Below are positions 52,999 to 64,000 of a DNA stretch of 64,000 bases, piece after piece. Numbering within the stretch: position 1 is the first letter of the stretch; each line of letters opens with the position of its first letter. The DNA is from Octopus bimaculoides. Its lineage: Eukaryota. The position numbers and the translations under genes were made by a program. A model generated the notes under the pieces. It saw only the letters and a program-made list of their open reading frames with translations. It did not search any database and was not told the origin of the DNA. The stretch covers positions 61,386,638-61,450,637 of the forward strand of contig NC_068989.1 of the NCBI RefSeq assembly GCF_001194135.2, written 5' to 3'.

Positions 52999-54300
52999 AA
53001 AAAATAAAAGCTGTTTGAATAAGTTGTGAAATTAATGATTACTGTTTCATATAAATATGTATGATCGTGTAAAAACTATTATAATGTTGTCTTGTTTTGA
53101 AATTATGGCTATTTCGCAACAGTGATGCAGTTGAAAATATTGGCATACCCTGTACTTTCTAGAAATACTATGTTTTATGCACTCAATGGTCATGTGTCCG
53201 AATTCTTTAAATTTAAAATTTTCATTTCCTGTTAACAGGAGAGTGGATTCTGAGTTCATTTTTATGGCGGTATAATGTTATCTTACAATATTCTGTTACC
53301 TTTCCATATACATTGCTTTGCACTAACTAGGAAAAAAATTATAAAAGGAGTTTTTCATGGATGTGTGATGTGTATGTAACTGTTGCTTGATTATGTCATC
53401 ACATGTTTGTATGTTGAATTGCCGTTGGTGTTGTAGATTATGATCGCCATAATCACCTGGCAGTTTTATTCTTTCATTTGGATTATTATTTCCTGTAGTT
53501 CCCCACAGTTAAAACCAGGGATGTTGACGTGTAATGAGTGCGAACGTTGTTTCTTGTTTATGAGCTCGGCTAAGGTATATTCAGTGTGTTAGTAATTTAT
53601 GACCTGCATTACTGTCGTTACCCAGGGGATATTTCTGCATAATAAAGAAACATATTGTAGGGTCCCATATATGTAAAATAGTAAGCTGAAAACTTTGATC
53701 ACATATTCTATGTGGACGATATGATAATTGTAGGTTTTAATAATTATGTTGTTGAGTACACGATGGTTGTAGCGATATTGTTAAATTTCTTGAACTGCAA
53801 GGTTGCATGTTTGTGGAACAGTTTTCACAATAAATATATTAGTTGGGGAAGGGCTTTGTTTTTGCATTGGTAATTACGTCATAACGATGATTGGTAGATG
53901 ACTGATGAGGAGACGAGAAACATATGGGGGCAGTTTGTTTTGCGTGAAGCAGGAAGTAATAAATATTTGATGTAGTTTACTTGGAGGCGTAAGTGAAAGT
54001 TGTTTGTCTAAAATGATGAATGAAGTCAGTTATCATGTCTCCTCAAGCGTTCGATATATATTGATTTTGTACAAGGATGTATTGTTGTGCATTGGGGACA
54101 GCAGGAATGATGATTTTTGTCAGCATAAAACATTCTAGCTCCAGCTTCCTTCATGTCATATTTACAGAGATATTTCAATTTTATAGAATTGCAGAAATCA
54201 AGAATGATGTGTTCATTGAATGTTATCAGAAACGGTGAGTAGAGAACTATCCATATTTTATCCATTTCATGCTGCCCAACAAAAGTATGGAACATTTCGA
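52999..54300 (-). mobile_element. Probable decayed Penelope-like element 3' region
   Basis: Minus-strand CIKHSISRKYRVCQYFQLHHCCEIAII weakly resembles the PLE GIY-YIG C-terminus (WxIxxxxxxY..CxLCxxEKxxI). The upstream part is RT-like but unreadable. Confidence 0.4.
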
Positions 54301-55746
54301 TTTTTATGTTCTGTTAGCGATCAGAGATATAGTCAACTGCAGATAACTATGTCTCTTTGACATATTGAAACTGCTTGCATTTGAACAATAGAGGGACCAT
54401 GAATCATCCGTTTCTTATAACATTGAAGAGCTGTTTCTCCTTGTTAGATCTTGGAGTTATTCATATGCGATGGAATCACTCTAACTGGAGTGAAACATAT
54501 TAATCAGAACCAACGCTGCCCATGTGGCAATCCTTTCTATCTATGGTATTATTGAAGGAACTATAGTTTATCGGAAATTGTAACAAGTAATTTACATTTT
54601 GTCGCGACTGAAATTCGAACCTGCCTATACAATATTGACATCCCACTAAAATTATTCAAAATCTATTATGGTAATTCTTAACTGTCATGCGTAGTAACAT
54701 CATAACAACAGCTCTGTGTGAACAACGTTTACTCGTAAACAGAAATAGGAAACGATGAAGAGGGAGGGACACAGAGAGAGAAAGAAATAGAATGATAGAT
54801 AGAGATTAGAAGAGAGAGCGAGATAGACAACGGAGTGAAGGACGCAATGTGAAGGATTTTTTTTTTGTTCCTGCTACTGTGGCCCTGAATTACCTTTACT
54901 GGAATACCTTATTGGAATGCCTGTAGGCCAGGATTACCGGGTGGCCGGAATTTTCTTGCTGTGACTTGAACTGTCTTCCTTCGTTCTTTTTCTGCTCTGT
55001 CTTTCTGTTCCTTTTGTGTTTAATTTTTTTGTGAACTTTTCTTTTTTTCATCTGAAAATTTTTTGTTGAACTTTTTTGTGAACTTTTTTGAACTTTTTTT
55101 GCAAGCATGNNNNNNNNNNNNNNNNNNNNNNNNNNNNNNNNNNNNNNNNNNNNNNNNNNNNNNNNNNNNNNNNNNNNNNNNNNNNNNNNNNNNNNNNNNN
55201 NNNNNNNNNNNNNNNNNNNNNNNNNNNNNNNNNNNNNNNNNNNNNNNNNNNNNNNNNNNNNNNNNNNNNNNNNNNNNNNNNNNNNNNNNNNNNNNNNNNN
55301 NNNNNNNNNNNNNNNNNNNNNNNNNNNNNNNNNNNNNNNNNNNNNNNNNNNNNNNNNNNNNNNNNNNNNNNNNNNNNNNNNNNNNNNNNNNNNNNNNNNN
55401 NNNNNNNNNNNNNNNNNNNNNNNNNNNNNNNNNNNNNNNNNNNNNNNNNNNNNNNNNNNNNNNNNNNNNNNNNNNNNNNNNNNNNNNNNNNNNNNNNNNN
55501 NNNNNNNNNNNNNNNNNNNNNNNNNNNNNNNNNNNNNNNNNNNNNNNNNNNNNNNNNNNNNNNNNNNNNNNNNNNNNNNNNNNNNNNNNNNNNNNNNNNN
55601 NNNNNNNNNNNNNNNNNNNNNNNNNNNNNNNNNNNNNNNNNNNNNNNNNNNNNNNNNNNNNNNNNNNNNNNNNNNNNNNNNNNNNNNNNNNNNNNNNNNN
55701 NNNNNNNNNNNNNNNNNNNNNNNNNNNNNNNNNNNNNNNNNNNNNN

Positions 55747-56304
55747 GCCTGGCCTTATTAGGAGACACTATTCCCTGGGTCACAAAGGGGCCCCGCATCA
55801 GGGGAAGAAGGAGGTGTCTGTCACCCCTTCGTCGGAGGAGGAGACAAAGAAGGTCGTGGAGGCGAGGCCCCCACGAAGCGAAAAAGGAAGGTGAGCAACA
55901 ATGGTTGCTCATCAGTTGAGGCTGCGGGAGAGGAGAAGGGCCCCTCGGGGTGCCATCGGAGGTCCCAGCTCCCACAGAAGAGAAAAGAAAAAGGAGGAAA
56001 AGAAAGAATGGGAGACGGTCGGCGGAAGTCACTGCACCGCCGATCGAACCCGAGGCGTCTCCGGTGGGAAGTAGTGCCGATGACAGAATGGCGTGACGTC
56101 CCTCCCAGTGAGGATAATGATTATGTTATCACGTACCAGGAGGGAGTGGTGGTGAATGAATTCTTGGACCGCGAGTGCAGCCAAGATAGGAGCTACTCGG
56201 AATGTGCGAGTAGTTCCACATGGCCTCTGCAGGTGACTGTGGAGGTTATAAATGACAACATAATGACAAAAGTCATAGAAAAATTTATGTACAAATTTGC
56301 CTAA
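55747..56304 (+). mobile_element. GC-rich coding-like segment, probably an L1/Tx1 ORF1 (gag-like) C-terminal remnant
   Basis: PGLIRRHYSLG resembles the end of a zinc knuckle. It is followed by a basic, low-complexity EEKRKRRKRK tract with frameshifts. The 5' part is lost in a gap. Confidence 0.35.
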
Positions 56305-56357
56305 CAAAAGACAAATTCAAGCCTAACAATAGACAAATTCAAGCCTAACAATAGACA
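56299..56357. repeat. 22-bp tandem repeat, ~2.7 copies
   Basis: GCCTAACAA(A/T)AGACAAATTCAA repeated. Confidence 0.9.
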
Positions 56358-56756
56358 CTTGTTTGGCAGGGGCTGCGTATCTGCTTGCGGAAGGGTGGAA
56401 TGAGGAAAATTATGATATTGTTAATTGTTAATATATTGAAATTGTTAATTTCTTTAAATTGTGTAAAAATTGTAATTTTAAAAGGAAAAAAGAAAAAAGA
56501 ACAACGTTTTCGAGGGGGTATCAGTCGGCGGGCGCTGGTGCCTCTCTCATTATTTGTTTCATTCTTATGACCATCATNNNNNNNNNNNNNNNNNNNNNNN
56601 NNNNNNNNNNNNNNNNNNNNNNNNNNNNNNNNNNNNNNNNNNNNNNNNNNNNNNNNNNNNNNNNNNNNNNNNNNNNNNNNNNNNNNNNNNNNNNNNNNNN
56701 NNNNNNNNNNNNNNNNNNNNNNNNNNNNNNNNNNNNNNNNNNNNNNNNNNNNNNNN

Positions 56757-57020
56757 TGTGTGTGTGTGTGTGTGTGTGTTTGTTTGTGTGTGTGTGTGTG
56801 CGTGTGTGTGTGTGTGTATGTCTGTGTGTATGTTTGTCCCTTTAGCATCACTTGACAACCGATGCTGGTGTGTTTATGTCCCTGCTGGTGTGTTTATGAC
56901 CGATAGAATAAGTACTAGGCTTACAAAGAATAAGCTCTGGGGTCGTACAAATCGACTATAAAGGCGGTGCTCCAGCATGGCCGCAGTCAAATGACTGCAA
57001 CAAGTAAACGAGTAAAAGAG
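56757..57020 (+). mobile_element. 3' half of a SINE containing a (TG)n tract
   Basis: CTTGACAACCGATGCTGGTGTGTTTA..GACCGATAGAATAAGTACTAGGCTTACAAAGAATAAG..GGCGGTGCTCCAGCATGGCCGCAGTC..GTAAAAGAGTA tail, recalled as an abundant octopus SINE. Confidence 0.8.
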
Positions 57021-57039
57021 TATTAAACTGGAATATCAG

Positions 57040-57560
57040 TGAATTGAGAAACGTAGATAGAAAAACCAGAAAACTACTACCAGAGAACTGAATTCACCAC
57101 CCCATAACAGATGCAGACGGAATATATCTACCCCACTCAGAAGGAGGCCCTAGCCTGATACAGTTAGAAAACTACTATAAAACAACAACGCTTAGACTAG
57201 GAAATTACTTATAAACAATGTGGGGAAAACTACTGCATGTAGTAAATCAGCATGAGAAAAAGAAAAGGCATTCCTCTAAACACAAAATAGAAAACAAAAG
57301 CAAACTGCATTAACACACTGACCTCAGATGAGAAAATAACAGAAATGATAAGAGAGACAAACAAAAACAAAAACATGAAACCTGAATTACAAAAGATACT
57401 GAAGAAGAAATGGAAAAAGAATCACTTCATGGCCAGCATCCTGCAGTACCGGAAAGAGTTTGCATACTTCCAAAAGCAGAACACCCACTGCTGCACACGA
57501 CACAGCAATACGGAGGTGTAGCAAGTGATGCAGTAGAAAATTGCCTCAATCTACCAAATA
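57040..57560 (+). mobile_element. R4/Dong-type LINE fragment
   Basis: DADGIYLPHSEGGPSLIQLENYYK and KESLHGQH, homologous to 26430-26706. Confidence 0.75.
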
Positions 57561-57562
57561 TT

Positions 57563-58262
57563 GAACCACCACCTAAACCACCACCACAAACACCACCACC
57601 AATACTACCACCACAACCTCCACCACCGACGCCGCCATCACCGCCATCGCCGCCGCACCTGCCGCCACCATATTCACCACCACCACCACCATATTCAACA
57701 CCACCACCACCATATTCAACACCNNNNNNNNNNNNNNNNNNNNNNNNNNNNNNNNNNNNNNNNNNNNNNNNNNNNNNNNNNNNNNNNNNNNNNNNNNNNN
57801 NNNNNNNNNNNNNNNNNNNNNNNNNNNNNNNNNNNNNNNNNNNNNNNNNNNNNNNNNNNNNNNNNNNNNNNNNNNNNNNNNNNNNNNNNNNNNNNNNNNN
57901 NNNNNNNNNNNNNNNNNNNNNNNNNNNNNNNNNNNNNNNNNNNNNNNNNNNNNNNNNNNNNNNNNNNNNNNNNNNNNNNNNNNNNNNNNNNNNNNNNNNN
58001 NNNNNNNNNNNNNNNNNNNNNNNNNNNNNNNNNNNNNNNNNNNNNNNNNNNNNNNNNNNNNNNNNNNNNNNNNNNNNNNNNNNNNNNNNNNNNNNNNNNN
58101 NNNNNNNNNNNNNNNNNNNNNNNNNNNNNNNNNNNNNNNNNNNNNNNNNNNNNNNNNNNNNNNNNNNNNNNNNNNNNNNNNNNNNNACGCCGCCATCACC
58201 GCCATCGCCGCCGCACCTGCCGCCACCATATTCACCACCACCACCACCAACAACAACAACAA
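57563..58262. repeat. (CCA)n-rich tandem repeat flanking a gap
   Basis: Units CCACCACCACCATATTCA(A)CA. The block ACGCCGCCATCACCGCCATCGCCGCCGCACCTG occurs on both sides of the gap. Confidence 0.85.
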
Positions 58263-61200
58263 TGATAAAAAAAATTCTCTGCAACCAAGGAACAATTGAA
58301 ACAACGAATACAACTGAAATACCAACGGCTCAGAAGGTATGAATGCAGAATAAAATTCTATCGACAAAACAATATATTCAAGACGGATGCAAAGAAATTT
58401 TATAGGGAAATTGGCAAAAGTAAGATAGAAGTAAAGGATCCATCTAGGACTGAGGAAATGGGAAAGTTCTGGAAAAAGATATGGAGCAGCAAAAAAGAAT
58501 ATAATGTTAAAGCTGACTGGAGAGAGCGTGGGAAAGTGAGACTGGATGAAGACGAAGGTGAAGAGGAGTAATGGGAGAGAATAGAAATAGAAGAGATAAG
58601 ATATGTTTTTAGGAAGTCTCACAAATGGAAAACTCCTGGACTGGACTGAATTACTAACTTATGGATGAATTATTTCAAAATTATTTCCAGAATTTCGCTG
58701 CATCTGTAACTGATGTCATCCAGACACCAGAGCAAATACTTGTTTGGTTGCTGAAGGAACAACAATGAAGACAAAAAATCTACCGACCAATAACATGCCA
58801 CAACACCACCTACAAGATCCTCACATCCATATTAACTTATAGAATATGCGCTTTCCTCGAACAGAGGTCTATCCTTCCACAAGCTCAAAAAGGGTGTAAA
58901 AGGAATTCTTATAGTGCAACCATAAATTACATGTAAGTAAAATTGTTGTAGAGAATTGCCGGCGCAAAAAGAACCTGAGAATGGCATGGATATACTACAG
59001 GAAAGCGTTTGATAGTGTCCCACAAAATTGGCTGCAGAAAGCTCTTGAGATATATAATCTCTCCTGTCGTCTCCATATTCTTACAAGATAGCATGGTCAA
59101 GTGGAACTGAGTCTCCTAAGCCATAGTAATGGGATGAGCCAATCTAACAACATCAACATTAAACGAGGCATCTTTCAAGGTGACACCCTCTCCATATTAC
59201 TCTTTTCCATGACACTGATCCTACTCACAAACGAATTAAATAACACCAGGAATAGGTTCAAAGTTTATAATACTATAAAGAACCAACTGTTTTATATGGA
59301 CGATCTGAAACTAGAATGACTAGGTCTGCTAGAAATGACGCAGACCTAGTAGGGTTGCTATCAACTGTTAAAGAATTCAGCAATGACATCGGGGTGAATT
59401 TTGGCCTTCATAAGTGTGCTAAAGCAACTTTTGTAAGAGGCAAGCTCAGGCAAACAGCTTTCATTAAACTTGATATCGGCACTACTATCGAGGAAATTAT
59501 AAATACCTGGGTATAAACGAATGAGATGGTATACAACATGCCACTATGAAGGAAAGTAATAAGACAGTATTACAGGAGAGTAAAACTCAAACGAAAATCT
59601 GAACTCAACTCGAAACATCGCATCGAAGCCATAAACATCTTCGCACTCTCAGTAGTCCAATATAGTTTTAACATCATTAACTTGAACCTGACAGAGGTGC
59701 AACACCTGTACAGGAAGACAAGAAAACAACTAACATCTATGAACATGCACCACGTAAATGCAGATGTTGATCGTCTGTACCTACCTAGATGTAATAAGGG
59801 AAGAGGAATGATGCAGGTAGATCTGTGCTATACAACCTCCGTAATATCAATGATCAAGTACTTATCTAGTACAGAGGACCGGTTGCTGTGGCTTCAGCGC
59901 AAACACGAAAACAGCAAAAAATCTCATTCTATTGCCAAAGAAGCTTTGAAATTCGGAAGGGATCTTGGCATTAACCCTGAATTAGATGACGAACCTGAAA
60001 CCACTGCCACTAAACAAGCAAAACGGATCAAATAGACTGCAAAAAAGAACGGGTAGAAACAAATTGTAGCAGGCGGAGCCGGAACGATGTATAGGCAGTA
60101 TATACTTCAAAGCTGATGCAGATCATGCAACAACCCATCAATGGCTGAGAGTTCAGAACTCTAAGCAGAGACTAGACTGAAGGTTTCATATTGGCAACAC
60201 AATATCAAATCTTGCTTACCAAAATCTAGCAGGCTAACGGTCGTCAAAATGGTTTTGACCTTAAATGCAGATTCTGCAACACATCTGACGAAACAATAGA
60301 CCACCTCGTCTCGAGACATCCTCTGTTGACACCAAACGAATACAAATTTCGCCAAGATAGGGTAAGACAAGATAGGGTAAGACAAAAAATAAAAGATGTT
60401 TGAATAAGTTGTGAAATTAATGATTACTGTTTCATATAAATATGTATGATCGTGTAAAAACTATTATAATGTTGTCTTGTTTTGAAATTATGGCTATTTC
60501 GCAACAGTGATGCAGTTGAAAATATTGGCATACCCTGTACTTTCTAGAAATACTATGTTTTATGCACTCAATGGTCATGTGTCCGAATTCTTTAAATTAA
60601 AAATTTTCATTTCCTGTTAACAGGAGAGTGGATTCTGAGTTCATTTTTATGGCGGTATAATGTTATCTTACAATATTCTGTTACCTTTCCATATACATTG
60701 CTTTGCACTAACTAGGAAAAAAATTATAAAAGGAGTTTTTCATGGATGTGTGATGTGTATGTAACTGTTGCTTGATTATGTCATCACATGTTTACTGGTA
60801 TGAACATCATCCTAAGCAAGCCGTTGAAAGTAAAAATGTCACTAACTTCTTGGATTTTCCAGTCAACAGCGACAGAACGATGCAGGCTAATCGACCAGAC
60901 ATAATTATTAAATGCATGGAAGAAAATACTTGTAGACTAATAGATGTAAGTTTTCCCACTGATAAAAATATATCTGTAAAGGTATTTGATAAATTAAGCA
61001 AATATAAGGAGCTGCAAATTGAAATACAGAAGATGTAGCATCTTAAAAGGGAAACAGTTTCTGTTATTGTATATGCCCTAGGTATGATAAAAAATGGATG
61101 CCAGATACATCTAGATAATATCCCAGGAGAATCATGTCTCAGAGAGATCTAAAGGATTGTGCTGACAAGTACTGCACAAATCCTTAGAAAACCCTATCAA

Positions 61201-61410
61201 TTTAAATGTGTGCGTTGTATTACATGAAGATATTACGTTAATACCCCTACAGCTACTCCTCGCCAAGCTTTCAGTCATACTGTAACATCTCTTATCCTTC
61301 ACTCGCCCCAGGATGCTGGGTATATCTCGGCAAGTGATTGTAACAAACATGCAGATTAAAAGTAAATAATAACAACAAAAACAACAACAACAACAATAAT
61401 AATAATAATG

Positions 61411-61453
<43 letters not shown>

Positions 61454-61455
61454 CC
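58262..61455 (+). mobile_element. R4/Dong-type non-LTR retrotransposon, long decayed copy (RT, CCHC, RLE, AAT tail)
   Basis: RYECRIKFYRQNNIFKTDAKKFY; GIFQGDTLSILLF..LFYMDDLKL; FGLHKCAKAT; DVDRLYLPR..GRGMMQ; CRFCNTSDETIDHL; NRPDIII..IDVSFPTDKNIS..KLSKY. (AAT)n tail at ~61365-61453. Many stops and frameshifts. Confidence 0.92.
60384..60793 (+). repeat. 410-bp near-identical direct copy of 52999-53408 inserted in the R4/Dong element
   Basis: Read side by side, I found only two substitutions. A 15-bp tandem duplication (60353-60382) sits at the left junction. Confidence 0.95.
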
Positions 61456-61472
61456 TTCATTGTGATTTACGT

Positions 61473-61875
61473 CCCTGGTGTACCCTTATCAGATGGGTAG
61501 TCACGCTGGATATATTGGGCTTCAGATGTTTTTCTCCCTCAGTCCCACTTTGATGGTATGCATTGCTCTCTCACTCAATAATAATAATAGTAATAATGTT
61601 TTGCTCAGCATCCTTAAACAAACCTTATTCAGGGACCTTTTGAGCAGGATGGGCTACTCGACCTCAGGAAAATACTAACTGGGCCCCACCTGCAAGGTCA
61701 TGCGCTGTTTATCTTGATATGAGATCACCATGTCGCGCACATACAGTGGTGATGCATGTGCCTGGTGTACCCTTATCAGACGGGTAGTCATGATGGGTAT
61801 AATGGGCTTCGTATATTTTATCCCAGTGTCACTTTGATGGCATGCACTGCTCTCTCACTCAATAATGATAATAAT
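61473..61875 (+). repeat. Unclassified AAT-tailed interspersed repeat with a tandemly duplicated 3' part
   Basis: CCTGGTGTACCCTTATCAG..CACTTTGATGG(T/C)ATGCA(T/C)TGCTCTCTCACTCAATAAT occurs at ~61473 and ~61761. The 5' part matches 26750-26830. Confidence 0.75.
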
Positions 61876-62049
61876 AATAACAAAACTCACCTTCTTTCAT
61901 CATCATCATCGTCATTATTATAATTATTATCATAATTATTATTGTTGTTGTTGTTGTTGTTGTTATTATTGTTGTTATTATTATCATTGCCACTAAAATG
62001 TAGAAGGAGGTGATTAGTTGATTAAATCGCTCCGAATACTTGACCTAAA

Positions 62050-63560
62050 AGATCCTGCAGAGGCCAAAAGCCCATTCCCAGTTCTCCAGAAACAGTGATT
62101 GAAGAAAAATAGTTTTCAGTTTTCACGTGAACTTGTAAGCATGTTTGCCAATGGACGTAATTACAGACTCGATGATCTATGTGGATTTCATTGACTTTAT
62201 ATTACTGAGTTGTCAGAAGTGATGCAATCAACTGTACAAGTGAACTGATTGACTAGTCTGATCTTGATGTTAGCCGTTTCCTTCATTATTTCGCATTTAT
62301 ATTTTCCATGGATAGATATTGATCGTGTGTAGTTAAAATCAAGTATTGCTAACTGTTTTTAGTAACATCTTTCGGCTCATTGCTGGTTTTCGCTTTGACT
62401 TTATTTCTCTCTGTTGAGTTTTGCAATGCAGTGATTATTCTCTGCATCTTTTATTTTTTTCTTCAGCAACACTTCGAATTCCAAAATGATTATGTTCAGT
62501 TAACCTTTTTTCTGTTCTTGTGTTCTTGTCTAAAGCCTTTTATTCATTGCAACTCTGAAATGCTCGTAATAATTTTGTAGATTTTTTTCTTGTGTAATCA
62601 TTTCAGTTATCTTCACTTCAATGCTAATATACTGAAGTTGATTATCTATAACTTCTTTTTCTAGTATTAACTTCCGCGATCAACATTAGTCTGAATCAAT
62701 TGCAGTAATAATTTTTAACTTTCACTTTCTCTCTTGCATCGAGTTAATTTATTCCTCGATATTTTGTAAGAGGAGTCCTTCCCTAATTCTCTGATTTCAG
62801 TGCCTGGAGTAAGTTTATATTTTAAATTTTACTAAATTTTCGTCTTCTTATGGTAGCTTTGGCACATTTGTGTAATTCAATTCTCGCATTGCAAAATCAA
62901 TGAAACATTTTAGTAGGCAATTTAGATGGGATTTGTACATTGTAAAATGAACGATGATAATAACAACGAGAGAGGATTAGCAGTATGAACACCCATGAGG
63001 ATTTTGATGGTTCCAATTCATCTTTTTAACATCATTGAGGGTTAGTCATAAAAGTAGTGGATATAGATTATGTTTTTGAAAGATTATGTATGTCTAAGAC
63101 AGGTCTTAGTTCACTTCCCTTTACTATGGGCAGATTAAATTATTTACTAATTTGACAGGACATGCTTTCCGAATCATGCTTTCTGAATTATTTGGAATGT
63201 CCCTAAAATCCAGGGCTGAGTTTTGTTACGAAATAGTTTCAGGTAATCCGCCCCGCAATTGCTAAGGATATACATATATTATTTTTGCTTTCTTTCATAA
63301 TTTAGGAAATCACCTGTAGCAACATAGTCCTTTTCAGCTCCCGTAGCTCCTCTAAAAAACTAAACAAATATCAGTCACCTTCTGGTACAGATTGTTGGTA
63401 AATATGTTTTAAGTTTCAGTGTTCTAGCTCCACATTATTTTCACTTTCCGGAGTCAATACTAATTTAGTAATTTAGTAAATATTCCTATTGAATTTCTGT
63501 CTAGTAACCATTCAATACGGTTTCTTATATCATTGACTTCTTTTGCAACAGATTTACAAA
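62050..63560 (-). mobile_element. Highly decayed R4/Dong-type LINE copy
   Basis: Minus strand: EWLL..YLPTI; DYLKLF..PWILGTFQI; LHKCAKATIRR; HRVCNYVHWQTC. These are the same motifs and order as in 58262-61455. Confidence 0.6.
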
Positions 63561-64000
63561 TACAAGTTTTGAATTTCGAGCAGTAATTGCGGGCGTTTTT
63601 TATCACAATTACTTCCTCTGCTTATGTCACATCATTGCCTGCTCCATATCTAGCGTCATGATCAGCTTAATGTTGCATTTGCATTATTCCTCGTGCTGAT
63701 GATGAGTTTCATTCACCATACATATACTGTTGATTTAATAGTTTTTATATCCTGAGAATCTACCATGTAGTGATGTTATATTTTTGGATTATTTGGTTAT
63801 GCTTTTATTATCCTTACTCCTTTTCATATTAGACTTCGCTATTCAGTTTCGTTATGTCAATATTTATTTGACGTTTATTCAGTTTTGTCTAATGCATTTA
63901 CCTTCTGTTTAATATTTTTTTAGATTTGTATTTACTGGTATCAAAACCAGATTCACTCAAAAACTACACTGGCCGAATAATTTGTTATATATATATATAT

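Noticed and set aside
53918-53945. CTGATGAGGAGACGAGAAAC as another hammerhead
   Set aside because: No stem II and no stem I/III pairing.
54896-58622. Long ORFs of 230-380 aa in the ORF track, including the Pro-rich 57410-58342 ORF
   Set aside because: These are artefacts of N-gaps and (CCA)n repeats fused to R4/Dong fragments.
61473-61875. CRISPR-like or ribozyme-containing tandem array
   Set aside because: Only two long units with no unique spacers. CTGATAAG on the minus strand lacks the rest of an HHR.

Overview
AT-rich, microsatellite-dense eukaryotic scaffold with six N-gaps (29406-29518, 42756-42821, 51733-51786, 55110-55746, 56578-56756, 57724-58186). The SINE families and repeat make-up look cephalopod, probably Octopus (inference from recalled repeat sequences). 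I found no host protein-coding exon I can support, so the window looks intronic or intergenic. The recognisable content is decayed mobile DNA: six R4/Dong-type (RT + restriction-like endonuclease) LINE pieces, two L1/Tx1 ORF2 remnants, an RTE LINE, Penelope-like elements (PLEs), mariner/hAT ends and about ten tRNA-derived SINEs. The most notable signals are: (i) a 1.3-kb PLE with inverted pseudo-LTRs, each carrying a tRNA-Thr-like Pol III cassette plus a minimal hammerhead ribozyme (HHR); (ii) further HHR-like motifs, including a retrozyme-like tandem pair at about 17.8-18.4 kb and one with an intact catalytic core at 26249-26284; (iii) a near-identical 410-bp local copy inserted into an R4/Dong element. 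All calls were made by eye without alignment or folding tools, and element boundaries are approximate.
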